In this document: positions 28,754-38,308 of the stretch, in pieces
How positions within the stretch are numbered: the stretch's first letter is position 1
Layout of the letters: the number at the start of each line of letters is the position of its first letter
DNA from: a virus
Taxonomy: Duplodnaviria; Caudoviricetes
Length of the DNA: 57,254 nucleotides
Strand: one strand, 5' to 3'
Virus record (IMG/VR): IMGVR_UViG_3300042344_000496
Location: 1-57,254 of that record
Made by a program: the position numbers and the translations under genes
Notes under the pieces: generated by a model
What the model was told of the DNA's origin: nothing
What the model saw: the letters and a program-made list of their open reading frames with translations, nothing else
Database searches by the model: none

Positions 28754-29030
28754 TTTTCTTTATTATAGTTCCTTTAGGTGAATTTAAAAATTTTGATATA
28801 TACTTACTCTTAGCAATTGTTGGATCGTAGTCGATAATAAATTTCAATAATTCATAATCTGTATCAACACAAATGATATTCTTTAAAATGTTTTTATAGT
28901 TTTCGTTTTTAATTAATTCCAAAAAGATATTAGCGATATTAAGACGTTTACCATTAATAATACAAAGGAAACTACAGAAAGATAAAAATTTATGTTCTAT
29001 TAACTTTTTATCAATAACATGATGTATCAT
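28617..29030 (-). CDS. Hypothetical protein with a basic C-terminal tail overlapping the next gene
   Basis: 137-aa ORF; 137-nt overlap. Confidence 0.55.
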   Translation of the reverse strand: MIHHVIDKKLIEHKFLSFCSFLCIINGKRLNIANIFLELIKNENYKNILKNIICVDTDYELLKFIIDYDPTIAKSKYISKFLNSPKGTIIKKNAHEFRKISIQRTPVVVTKTTRKAVPVAARLPRTGKGKSRTAKKA

Positions 29031-29060
29031 TTAAATAGTTATACACATCTCTGAAAAAAT

Positions 29061-30392
29061 CTACTCACATAGGTCTTCTAATGATTCCTCTTCTTCACTT
29101 TCTTCAACTGTAGACATTGTATTATTGAATTCATCATCTTCAATTAATGTTAATGTTTCAGTATCCAGTTTAAATGCATACTCTCCAAAATTAGCACCCC
29201 AACGATTCTTTAACATCTTAAATCGCATGACTGGTAATGATTTCTCTCCAGTCTTTTTATATACACCAAAGATAAAATCACACGTAGCAGCAATATTAAT
29301 AGACTCTGAAAGATTTGATAATTCTGGTCCTTCATCTTCATCAAATCCACCTCTATTAATTTGTGTAGCTGTAATAAATGGACAAGAGAATACATACGAT
29401 AAAGCTCTCACTTGTTCTGTAACATATTTCAATCGTTCATATGAATTGCTACCAACTTCACCATGTAAAAGATTCAAATAATCAATAACAACAGCATCTA
29501 CTTTAAATCCACTATCAATTACAGATTTAACATATGCCTCTAATTGACTTGGTGTAATTTTGCTAGGAGGAAACTCCTTAATCATTAACTGTCCAACATT
29601 ACTTCTGGTTTTATAAATCTCAAATGCTTCAGGAATTTCATTTGCACGTTCTTTTAATTTATAAATAGGAATCTTAATCATGCCTGATGTAATCCTAGAT
29701 GCATACATCATTTCAGACATTTCTAAGGAAATCAAAAGAACGTTCTTACCATTCTCAACAATATTCTTAGCAAGATTACCAAGAACAATACTCTTACCCA
29801 CATTTACCTGACCAACAACAAGATACAAAGCTTTACCTTCAGCCCTAAATCCTCCATCCATAATATTATCCAACCAATTAAATTTAGATTTTAAAAATGT
29901 TTCTTTGGTCTTTAATGATTCTACTAGCAAATCATAATCCTTGGTAATATTCAATCCACCTTTATTATCTAAATTAATCTTACAACGCTTTTCAAATGAA
30001 TCTAGAATCTTTGATGAATCAATATTACCAGATTGAATATCATCAACTACACTAATCATTGCTTTATAAATACCACGTTCTTTTAAGAAACGTTCTGTAC
30101 AGCTATAAAGTTCTACTTCATTAAAGTTTTTATCTAATGTTTTAAACTCATTTAAGACTTTAACGAATGATTCTGAAACATCTTTTGAATTGATGTAGTT
30201 TTTAATTTCACTTAAATTTGGAAATACATTCTTTTCTGAACTAATCTTTTGAAGTAGGGATAAAATAGATTTCCTATCTTTATCATGAACATAATCCAAT
30301 TCAAAAAATGGATTAATTCTAGAAAAATATGTTTTATCTGTGAGCATCTTAAAACAAAAGATGCTCTCAAAATTATCCAAATTCAGATTCAT
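29061..30392 (-). CDS. Replicative DnaB-like helicase, gp41-like
   Basis: Walker A GQVNVGKS, ISLEMSE, IKEFP, IDYLNL, TATQINR, LKNRWG. Confidence 0.95.
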   Translation of the reverse strand: MNLNLDNFESIFCFKMLTDKTYFSRINPFFELDYVHDKDRKSILSLLQKISSEKNVFPNLSEIKNYINSKDVSESFVKVLNEFKTLDKNFNEVELYSCTERFLKERGIYKAMISVVDDIQSGNIDSSKILDSFEKRCKINLDNKGGLNITKDYDLLVESLKTKETFLKSKFNWLDNIMDGGFRAEGKALYLVVGQVNVGKSIVLGNLAKNIVENGKNVLLISLEMSEMMYASRITSGMIKIPIYKLKERANEIPEAFEIYKTRSNVGQLMIKEFPPSKITPSQLEAYVKSVIDSGFKVDAVVIDYLNLLHGEVGSNSYERLKYVTEQVRALSYVFSCPFITATQINRGGFDEDEGPELSNLSESINIAATCDFIFGVYKKTGEKSLPVMRFKMLKNRWGANFGEYAFKLDTETLTLIEDDEFNNTMSTVEESEEEESLEDLCE

Positions 30393-30399
30393 AACAGGA

Positions 30400-30428
30400 A
30401 GTCTATCCTATTGTGCGTACTCTTTCAA
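30400..30428 (-). promoter_or_regulatory. Sigma70-type promoter of the helicase gene
   Basis: TTGAAA-N17-TAGACT-N7-ATG. Confidence 0.55.
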
Positions 30429-31100
30429 GAACTTTTCATTACTATCTTTCCAAAGTTTATCTTCCATAGATAATAATCCCGGAGATTGATGGATTACATG
30501 GATAGGATATACACCAATTCTTAAACCTTTACGATTGGCATCAATACAAGATGCTAAATCATAATGATGGAATGTATAATTTTCATTAAACCTCCATCCC
30601 TTATCTAAGATTGATGGTAAATGAACTGCCATAAAAAGTCCATCAATTAATGCAACTCTAGATGGTGTTGCTCCAAATGCTGTAACATATGTTTGAGAAC
30701 TTTCTTTTGATACTGGATGTGCTACTTGACCTCTAAAGTCTTTCCTATCGCTCATTAAATGCCACAATGCAGGATCTGATAACTTGGGATTCAAACATCC
30801 TGCTAATCCTATAATATCATAATTCAATTGCTTCTTTGCAAACATGATCTTTTCTACCAACTTTAAGTCATCAATATAAACATCATCATGAGCAAAAACC
30901 AAATAATTAATATCTAAATTCTTATATTGTTCAATTTTTTCATTATACACTTCTGGTAATCCTCTAGTATTATTATAAACGAAATCAAATACAATATCTC
31001 CACGGTATTTAAAATCATCCATACATCTGTATAAAGAAGAATTCTTAGACTCTTCTTCACTATATCGTGTACATGAAATTACTGCTAAATTAATACTCAT
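30408..31100 (-). CDS. GT-A fold glycosyltransferase (GT2-like)
   Basis: GLPEVYN, LVFAHDDV, GLAG, IDGLFMAV, FHHYDL, VIHQSPG. Confidence 0.8.
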   Translation of the reverse strand: MSINLAVISCTRYSEEESKNSSLYRCMDDFKYRGDIVFDFVYNNTRGLPEVYNEKIEQYKNLDINYLVFAHDDVYIDDLKLVEKIMFAKKQLNYDIIGLAGCLNPKLSDPALWHLMSDRKDFRGQVAHPVSKESSQTYVTAFGATPSRVALIDGLFMAVHLPSILDKGWRFNENYTFHHYDLASCIDANRKGLRIGVYPIHVIHQSPGLLSMEDKLWKDSNEKFLKEYAQ

Positions 31101-31134
31101 ACAAATATCTACCCAAAAAAGATAAATAGTAAAT

Positions 31135-31728
31135 ATGAGAATTTTAAGAAGACCCGGTTTTGCTGATTATGTTTTGAATGAAGGAAGAATTCATACAGAT
31201 ATTCTTAAAAAGAGGATTGCAGATTGTCTAGATAGAAATACTCTTGGAAAATCTCCTGTATATGTAGTTCAAAAGATTGCAGAAGAATTGAAATTAAAGT
31301 ATGGTGAAAACTTTGATTTATCAACATTAAAAGCTGATGAAATCGTTCAAATTGCTAACTCTCCTTATATTACTAGAGGTTTATTTGAACCAAAATTAAG
31401 ACAAGAATTCCAACCACAAGATCAAACATCTGAAGTTGAAACACAAGAAGTTGAAGATGAATTTGAAGGTGAAGTAGAAGCTCAAGATGAAGAAGATTTA
31501 GTTGGTGATTACTTCACAGCACAATCACAAGAAACTGAAGAAGATCCATTTGATTCAGAAGATTATTCAGATACATATTCAGATTCAGAATTTGAAACAC
31601 AAGAATTAGCTACAGCAGCAGAATCTGCACAAGTAAAACGTAAAGAAACTGCTAGAATGCTAAATGAACAATATAAAAGAAGACTACAAAAGCTCTTCTT
31701 AACAGAAGAGCGATATAACGGTAGATAA
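31135..31728 (+). CDS. Acidic hypothetical late protein
   Basis: TAAATA-N6-ATG; FADYVLNE; E/D-rich centre. Confidence 0.65.
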   Translation: MRILRRPGFADYVLNEGRIHTDILKKRIADCLDRNTLGKSPVYVVQKIAEELKLKYGENFDLSTLKADEIVQIANSPYITRGLFEPKLRQEFQPQDQTSEVETQEVEDEFEGEVEAQDEEDLVGDYFTAQSQETEEDPFDSEDYSDTYSDSEFETQELATAAESAQVKRKETARMLNEQYKRRLQKLFLTEERYNGR

Positions 31729-31729
31729 T

Positions 31730-31756
31730 AAAAAAGCCCCCTTTCGGGGGCTTTTT
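31730..31756. terminator. Bidirectional rho-independent terminator
   Basis: aaaaaagccccc-tttc-gggggcttttt between convergent genes. Confidence 0.92.
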
Positions 31757-31765
31757 AGTTTATAT

Positions 31766-32860
31766 TTACTTATCGTACATATTTGTTAGGAAAGCTTCCT
31801 CGTCCTCTTGAGAAACTGTACCTAACTTCCATGCTACATCAATCTTATCTTGAAGTTTTGGAATGATTTTATCTTCCCAGAATTTAATATCTCTAACGAA
31901 GTTTTTAGCATATCCAATCTTTTCTCCATCGAATGTATATGTTGGACCATTTTGCTGAATGATTTCGAATCCTACAGCTAAATCGAGTAATCCATGATAA
32001 CGGTCAACTCCTCTATCATATGAAATATATGTTTCACCTTCCAAGTATTGTTTAAGGAAACGATTCTTTGTTGTTAATGCTCTAATAAGAATACCAACAT
32101 AATTTCTTTGTCCAACGGCAACCTTATCATCCTTTGATGTATCTTCTTTAGTTGCCTTTCTACTCATTTGCAAAACAATAGATGATAGATATTCAATAGA
32201 CTTACCACCAGACATCTTCTTAACTAATGTTGGATGAAGTGCTGTAGGATCATCATATAAGTGATTAGTAGCAATAATAGGAGTTCCAGTCTTTGCTGCC
32301 AAGTGTGTTGTATTAACAAGTAATGTTCTCAATGCCCTAGCTTTTCCACCCATATCTACTGCTGTAGAATTCTTTTCTAGACGAGAAATATCAAGTTCAC
32401 TAGAAAGGTTTGCAAGAGAATCAATAGCTACAATAAATCTCCCATGAAGATTCTTTTCATATACAGAACTTAAAAACTTATGTAAGGAGTTCCTACATTC
32501 TTCAACAGTAGTTACTGGAACATACTTAGTAAGTTTAGGATCAACTCCAAGTTTTTCTGCTCCTGACTTTTCAATAGCATTTTCTGAATCCAAAATAACT
32601 GCAACCATTCCTTGCTTCTGAGCATTTGCAATAATCTTTTGTAAAAATAAACTCTTACCAGTTTGGGATTCAGCATAGAATGTAGTTATCCTTCCACAAG
32701 GAATTCCACCATCTTTAATCTTACCAGATAAAATAGCATTCAAAGAATAGCTACCAGTATCAATCCATTTACTAACTTGTGATAAGGTATTATCCTCAAG
32801 CATTGTTGCATGGGGATTATCATCGAAGGCACCTAAAGCTGATATAATATCTTTATCCAT
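31766..32860 (-). CDS. uvsX: RecA-like recombinase UvsX
   Basis: IDTGSYSLNAILSG, Walker A AESQTGKS, DSENA, IDSL, DMG..A, TNH, SGG, KNR; start likely MDKDII. Confidence 0.93.
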   Translation of the reverse strand: MDKDIISALGAFDDNPHATMLEDNTLSQVSKWIDTGSYSLNAILSGKIKDGGIPCGRITTFYAESQTGKSLFLQKIIANAQKQGMVAVILDSENAIEKSGAEKLGVDPKLTKYVPVTTVEECRNSLHKFLSSVYEKNLHGRFIVAIDSLANLSSELDISRLEKNSTAVDMGGKARALRTLLVNTTHLAAKTGTPIIATNHLYDDPTALHPTLVKKMSGGKSIEYLSSIVLQMSRKATKEDTSKDDKVAVGQRNYVGILIRALTTKNRFLKQYLEGETYISYDRGVDRYHGLLDLAVGFEIIQQNGPTYTFDGEKIGYAKNFVRDIKFWEDKIIPKLQDKIDVAWKLGTVSQEDEEAFLTNMYDK

Positions 32861-32886
32861 ATAAACATATAATAACATATAAAAAC

Positions 32887-32923
32887 AAAAAAGCTACTAC
32901 TTTTTTAGAGTAGTAGCCTTTTT
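32887..32923 (-). terminator. Rho-independent terminator
   Basis: Stem gctactact/agtagtagc flanked by A and T runs, downstream of the 32947 ORF. Confidence 0.75.
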
Positions 32924-32946
32924 GCTATTCACATTATCTAACACCA

Positions 32947-33309
32947 TTATTTAGCTTCGTCGTCAAATAATTTAACAACGTTTCCACTATCAGTTGGTGT
33001 AATAATTGGAGATGGATTAAAAATCCTTTCGTATTGACCAGCTAAACGCTCGTCAAGCTCCAATCCAACACCAACAGTAATAGAGGAATTTTTATAAGCC
33101 CATACAGAACCTTCACCACGCTTAGACTCAGGGAGGAATTCTGTAAAGTAAAGTGGAATCAATTGAACTTGAAGTTGTCCACGTTCACCTTGAATAGTAT
33201 GAATCATTACTGGATTCTTAACTGTAAGGAGTTCTGAAGTGGAAGAAACTTGTTCTCCAAGAATTGTTCTACCGATATTATCAATGAATATAATTTTTTG
33301 ATTAGCCAT
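32947..33309 (-). CDS. Hypothetical protein, possibly Sm-like fold
   Basis: GRTILGE..LTVKNPV..VQLIP..YERIFNPSPIITP; start likely MANQK. Confidence 0.55.
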   Translation of the reverse strand: MANQKIIFIDNIGRTILGEQVSSTSELLTVKNPVMIHTIQGERGQLQVQLIPLYFTEFLPESKRGEGSVWAYKNSSITVGVGLELDERLAGQYERIFNPSPIITPTDSGNVVKLFDDEAK

Positions 33310-33344
33310 ATGTTTATATAATATATCACATGATATTGTGCATT

Positions 33345-35900
33345 TCAACTAAAAAGTTCATCTAAATCTACTTTAAACTGACTAGTTGGTTTGTAAATTT
33401 CCCAATTCATAATTTTATAAAATCTTTCAATACATTGATACACATCCTTATCAAACATTTTCTCTAAGTCCATTTCAAATAACTCTTGAAACTCTTTAGG
33501 AAACCTGTTCTTAAATGCAATAGCATCAAGATTATACGTATTTGGAGTGTTCACATAAAAATATTTTATCTTATCTCCACTAAAGATGGTCTCATACTTA
33601 TTATCAATCTTTAATTCTTTAATGATTTTATTATAGAAATAAGCTGCTTTAACATGACATGGCATTCCTTTAACTGTAATATTACCATCACATCTATTAG
33701 AATATTGTTCTAGATTTTTAATTCCACTAGTTAATGAAATCATTTCAACACCCATATCAAGAAACTTATCATATACATCTTTAAATGCGTTATTAGTTAA
33801 TGTTTTAGATTTAGTAATAATCATTGTCTGAATTACTTTTTCAACATATGGTTTAATCTCTTTTGGCATTCTAGTATTAACCAAATCAATTCCAGTATAT
33901 TTCCAGTCATCACATGGTAAACCTTCTTCATCTAGAACATGTAAAGCATAACGCTTTTTACTTAACATGATTCCTTTATCAGAGATTTTATCTCTCTTAA
34001 ATTCAATTCTGGAATCGATAGAATTAAGTTCATCCTTCATAAAGGATGCAATACCAAGATTCAAATAATCATTAATCTTATCAATTTCTGCATATCCTTC
34101 TTTAGTAACTTTGTTTCCATTAAAAACTTTAACAGGAAGTTGTTTTACTGTAATGAAGCAACTATCAGAATCACCATATAAAAAACAATCTTCTACATCA
34201 TTACCAACACGTTTTACAAAATATTCTTGGATAATATCCTTAGATTTTTGAATAACTGATTGTCCTGTTAATGTAATAGAAGCTGCAATATCATCATCAC
34301 CAATTGGTGCTTTTCTGTTACCAAATACACCATAAACACTATTAATAAAAATCTTAATAGCTTGCTGCTTTGTCTTAAGACGATTACATTCAATCTTAAC
34401 TTGTTCAGCATTTTCAACTTCACCAGAATCTAATTGTTTTTTAAGCTTCTTAAAGTTTTTTTGAATTTGAACACGCTTCTTATAGTTTTCATCCACCAAA
34501 TCACACATGATACCTTTCTTATTTTGAGTAAACAAAATATCAGCCTTAGATACTGCAATTTTATTCTCTATCAAAAACTTCTTAAAGTTTTCATGAGTTA
34601 ATTTATAATGCTTTCCATTTACATGTTTAATCGTAACAAAGTTATCATCCTTAGATGTAATTGCACCAAACTTAGTCTCTGGAGACATGTTTAATGAAAT
34701 CATAATATTAGGATAAAGTGAATTAGCATCAAATGTAACAATACCTTCATGATGTCCAGTAACAGGAGGAAATACGAATCCACCGGGATTATTTCTTTGA
34801 GAATCTCTAACAAATGTATTAATGATTTGTTTTTGCTTCCTTGCTTTAATTGCTGCACATCCCATAACAATAGATACAGTTGCTAATGCCATATCCAATG
34901 TTCCACAACCCATGTATGCAATCATTCTAAGCAAATCAATATACATTAATTGCTCTTCAAGTTTTACAATAAGTCTAACGTCATGAATATTGTATTCTAC
35001 GAATGTATTCCAATCATCTCTCATGAATTCAAACAAACTTCTATCACCATAATCCAATTTGTTCTCCTTCAATTCAACACTAGCAATATAATCCAGTTTA
35101 TAGCTCTCACGATTGGTTAAGCAAAACTTTTTATAGATATCCATGTAATCGACAACAGCCAATCCATCAATCTTATAAATAATTTGTTTCTTACCAAACT
35201 TACTCATAATTTCTCTGGTATAAATACTATCGATTGTAGATAATCTATTAGCAGAACCTTCTGGTAAAATATTACAAATCCTATTAATTAAATAAGGAAT
35301 ATCATAACCTTGAATATTCCAACCAGTAACTACATCAAATCTTTCTTTCTCCATGTAGTTAATGAAATCAAATAATAGATCTTCTTCATTAGGAATATGT
35401 TTATAAACTACATCTTTATCTTCAGTATGAAAGGGTTTTAATCCCCAAACATTATAGATCTTGTTATAAGAATCGTAGACTGTAATTACATTGATTGGAG
35501 TCTTAGCATCTTCAGGAGAAGAGAATTCATTTGCATCTACAGCTTCAATATCCAAGTATGCAATCTTTAATGGAAACTTAGAAAACTCTGGATCATCTAC
35601 ATGTTCAGAAAACATGTCCAAAAGGACTTGTTGTTCTGGCCTCAGGTTTTCAAATAATCTTGTTAATTTCTTTTCTTCAACATATTTCATCCTCTCAAAC
35701 AAATCCTTGAAAGATACTTTCTTTAGCTTTGTACCAAAAACACTAACACCATCTTCACCTTTGTTATCTTCTACATAAAGATATGGTCTAAAATCTACAG
35801 AGAAGTCCAATCTCTTACCATCATCATCCCAAGTATAAACGATGACTTCTTTCTTTTTAATATCGTAAACGACATTCCGATAACCATTCATCTTCGCCAT
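33345..35900 (-). CDS. Family B DNA polymerase, gp43-like
   Basis: Exo I DIE, Exo II GWNIQGYDIPY, Exo III YNIHD, motif A DANSLYP, motif B KIFINSVYG, motif C YGDSDS, KKRY. Confidence 0.97.
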   Translation of the reverse strand: MAKMNGYRNVVYDIKKKEVIVYTWDDDGKRLDFSVDFRPYLYVEDNKGEDGVSVFGTKLKKVSFKDLFERMKYVEEKKLTRLFENLRPEQQVLLDMFSEHVDDPEFSKFPLKIAYLDIEAVDANEFSSPEDAKTPINVITVYDSYNKIYNVWGLKPFHTEDKDVVYKHIPNEEDLLFDFINYMEKERFDVVTGWNIQGYDIPYLINRICNILPEGSANRLSTIDSIYTREIMSKFGKKQIIYKIDGLAVVDYMDIYKKFCLTNRESYKLDYIASVELKENKLDYGDRSLFEFMRDDWNTFVEYNIHDVRLIVKLEEQLMYIDLLRMIAYMGCGTLDMALATVSIVMGCAAIKARKQKQIINTFVRDSQRNNPGGFVFPPVTGHHEGIVTFDANSLYPNIMISLNMSPETKFGAITSKDDNFVTIKHVNGKHYKLTHENFKKFLIENKIAVSKADILFTQNKKGIMCDLVDENYKKRVQIQKNFKKLKKQLDSGEVENAEQVKIECNRLKTKQQAIKIFINSVYGVFGNRKAPIGDDDIAASITLTGQSVIQKSKDIIQEYFVKRVGNDVEDCFLYGDSDSCFITVKQLPVKVFNGNKVTKEGYAEIDKINDYLNLGIASFMKDELNSIDSRIEFKRDKISDKGIMLSKKRYALHVLDEEGLPCDDWKYTGIDLVNTRMPKEIKPYVEKVIQTMIITKSKTLTNNAFKDVYDKFLDMGVEMISLTSGIKNLEQYSNRCDGNITVKGMPCHVKAAYFYNKIIKELKIDNKYETIFSGDKIKYFYVNTPNTYNLDAIAFKNRFPKEFQELFEMDLEKMFDKDVYQCIERFYKIMNWEIYKPTSQFKVDLDELFS

Positions 35901-35906
35901 AAAGGA

Positions 35907-35935
35907 AGAATATCACAGCATCCAATCAGCATCAA
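35907..35935 (-). promoter_or_regulatory. Sigma70-type promoter of the polymerase gene
   Basis: TTGATG-N17-TATTCT (extended TG)-N6-ATG. Confidence 0.65.
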
Positions 35936-35941
35936 GAAAAT

Positions 35942-37048
35942 TTACTGTTGTATGGTTTTTGTGTCGGTAATTATAAAACGATTAATATCTAATCCATTTC
36001 CAACATAATTTGAAACTATCATTTCATAGGAATTACCATCATTACCAATGATTGGTTTAAATGGATTATTAGATACTTTTGATAATACTTTTAAATTATT
36101 ATAATTTGATGTATATTTAGAAACAGAAAATGATACGTATTTTTTAATATAAGATAATTCTTGTATTGTCAAATCAGAAACATAAAACTCAGAAAAATCT
36201 GACACAGATAAATCACAATTCCTTAAACCAATTTCTCCATCATAATGAACAGTAACTGGTTCTGTTAATGTCCAGCCAACATAATTATTGATTAAACTTT
36301 TAACAGGAAATCCAATACAACGATTCAAAACCTTTTGAGAAGTTACTTCATAATTGAGATCTATAGTATTACTAGTTATAATCCCATTATCACTATAAAT
36401 TTTAACATAGTAAGAAGCTAGATCTCCTTGTTGTAAAAAATCTATTTTGAAGTAGTTCTTTTTAGTTGTCGTAAACAATTCCCCATTCTTATACCATTCA
36501 TAGTAAGTTGAATCCGTAATATTTTTAACAACTACATCAAATGTAATTGAATCATTAACTTCGAACTTATCTACATATAATGGATACGTCAAGAAACTTA
36601 CCAGTTTAGGAGCAGTATTTGCTGCAACTTCTTGTGTAGGTGGATTAGAGCTTAAGTATATTGTTTCTGAAATTGCTTCTCCAAATATATTGGAAACTTT
36701 TAAATAATAATTCCCTACATTATTAATATTGAATGAATCTATAATTAATACCTTTTCATTTGAAATAGTATTATATTTGAATATCCATTCATAATTTAAT
36801 TCTGGAAATCCACTAACTAAAGGTGTTATGGTAACATAAGAATTATCCTCTATGTATGAAGGATAGACTTCTAATCCACATATAGTAGGATACGCGGATT
36901 CTATGGAACTAAGTTTGGCAAATAAATAATTTGATAGATCGTCTACAGCAGTTTTAAATATTACTGAACCCCTTTCAACAAAGGTATTGATATCCATAGA
37001 CGAAGTATCTATGGAATCATAATCTTCTATGAGTCTATCATCTGCCAT
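35942..37048 (-). CDS. Ig-like domain protein
   Basis: LNYEW..GNYYLKVSN.FG and YEWYKNG..ASYYVKI Ig motifs; TAAATA-N5-ATG. Confidence 0.7.
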   Translation of the reverse strand: MADDRLIEDYDSIDTSSMDINTFVERGSVIFKTAVDDLSNYLFAKLSSIESAYPTICGLEVYPSYIEDNSYVTITPLVSGFPELNYEWIFKYNTISNEKVLIIDSFNINNVGNYYLKVSNIFGEAISETIYLSSNPPTQEVAANTAPKLVSFLTYPLYVDKFEVNDSITFDVVVKNITDSTYYEWYKNGELFTTTKKNYFKIDFLQQGDLASYYVKIYSDNGIITSNTIDLNYEVTSQKVLNRCIGFPVKSLINNYVGWTLTEPVTVHYDGEIGLRNCDLSVSDFSEFYVSDLTIQELSYIKKYVSFSVSKYTSNYNNLKVLSKVSNNPFKPIIGNDGNSYEMIVSNYVGNGLDINRFIITDTKTIQQ

Positions 37049-37056
37049 GTATCTAT

Positions 37057-38274
37057 TTAATACGAATTGTATCTAGTAAGGTTCTTTCTATCCTTAGAGC
37101 CATAAGGTGTCGTAAACAACTCATAGTAACAATCTAGATTTTTATCTAATTCTAAGAATCTATCTTCTGCTACTTTTCTCCTTTTATGATAAGAATTCTT
37201 ATAATGTCCTGCCCTAAATACTTCTTGTTCAATCTTGGCAATCATTTCTTCGCCACTATTAAACTTAATTTCAGCATCCTTATAAGTAATCATATCCTGA
37301 CATGCTACAGGAATTCCAAATGCACAAGCTTCGATGTATTTGATGTCACTCTTAGATTTATTAAAGTTATTATCTTGAAGTGGTGCAACCATCATTTGGA
37401 CATTGAGATCATAGATTTTCTTAGGGAAATCATATAATCTACACCAAGGATGGAATTCGATTTCCTTGTTTTGTACATAAGGATGTAATTGAAGAGGATA
37501 TGCTCCAATGAAAATCCATTGGAATTTATGTCTAGTATCAATTATAGCTTTAATAACATGTTCGAAATCATCCTTTTGATTGACCTTGTTTTCAACATCA
37601 AAATGAGCACCAGAACCCGAATACAAGATCCTAGGCTTTTTCTTATTGTTATCATAATCTCTATTTAATTTATTAGGATCGAAATAATTTCCAATCCAGA
37701 ATCTTGCTGGGAAGTTTGGTATAACTGAAATTTCTTGTTTACCAGTCTTTTCTCTATATAAATCTTTCATGAAATCACATGTAACTGAAACTTCATCACA
37801 CATATTCATGATGTCTATAACATTCTTCCTAATTTCAGGAGAAGTAAATGCTCCTTTAAATTTATTAAAATCTGGAATATCTTCAGCAAATACTACGTCA
37901 TCAACTTCGTAGATAATCTTGAATCCCATCTGGGATTGAATATTCTTTAAAAATTCAACGAACTTTTTCTGATCTGATGTAGCTTGTCTTTGTAATCTAA
38001 CAGCTTTAACATTCCTATACCAATTAGGATCACCTATCATTACGAATGTATCAGTAACTGTCATCCTAGCCTGATAATTTAACATATGGGATGGCCAACC
38101 CATTCTATACAGACCACAACCACTAAAGTCTGCTGTATATTGTACAACTCTTGGTAAATCTAATTCTGGACTCTTTTCAAATGATTTCTTATCTTGTGGT
38201 TGTTCACTAACCCTAGTTACAGGAAGCTTTACATCTTGTTTTTGAAAAGGTATCGGAGGCTTAAAGTGCAGCAT
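37057..38274 (-). CDS. GT-B fold glycosyltransferase (GT4-like); start re-called at ATG 38274
   Basis: SGCGLYRM.WP, IYEVDD, VAPLQDNNFNKSKSDIKYIEACAFGIP. Confidence 0.8.
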   Translation of the reverse strand: MLHFKPPIPFQKQDVKLPVTRVSEQPQDKKSFEKSPELDLPRVVQYTADFSGCGLYRMGWPSHMLNYQARMTVTDTFVMIGDPNWYRNVKAVRLQRQATSDQKKFVEFLKNIQSQMGFKIIYEVDDVVFAEDIPDFNKFKGAFTSPEIRKNVIDIMNMCDEVSVTCDFMKDLYREKTGKQEISVIPNFPARFWIGNYFDPNKLNRDYDNNKKKPRILYSGSGAHFDVENKVNQKDDFEHVIKAIIDTRHKFQWIFIGAYPLQLHPYVQNKEIEFHPWCRLYDFPKKIYDLNVQMMVAPLQDNNFNKSKSDIKYIEACAFGIPVACQDMITYKDAEIKFNSGEEMIAKIEQEVFRAGHYKNSYHKRRKVAEDRFLELDKNLDCYYELFTTPYGSKDRKNLTRYNSY

Positions 38275-38302
38275 ATTATGATTTATAAATATGCTGCACT
38301 TT
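38263..38302 (-). promoter_or_regulatory. 15-bp perfect hairpin sequestering the GT4-like start codon, with a late-promoter-like loop
   Basis: Minus strand AAAGTGCAGCATATT-TATAAATCAT-AATATGCTGCACTTT; the ATG is in the 3' arm. Confidence 0.75.
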
Positions 38303-38308
38303 TTCAAG

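Noticed and set aside
33345-35900. Intein or intron in the polymerase (also considered for terminase, helicase and UvsX); YGDSDS motif C variant
   Set aside because: Lengths are normal and motifs contiguous; the T-to-S change is conservative and both Asp residues remain
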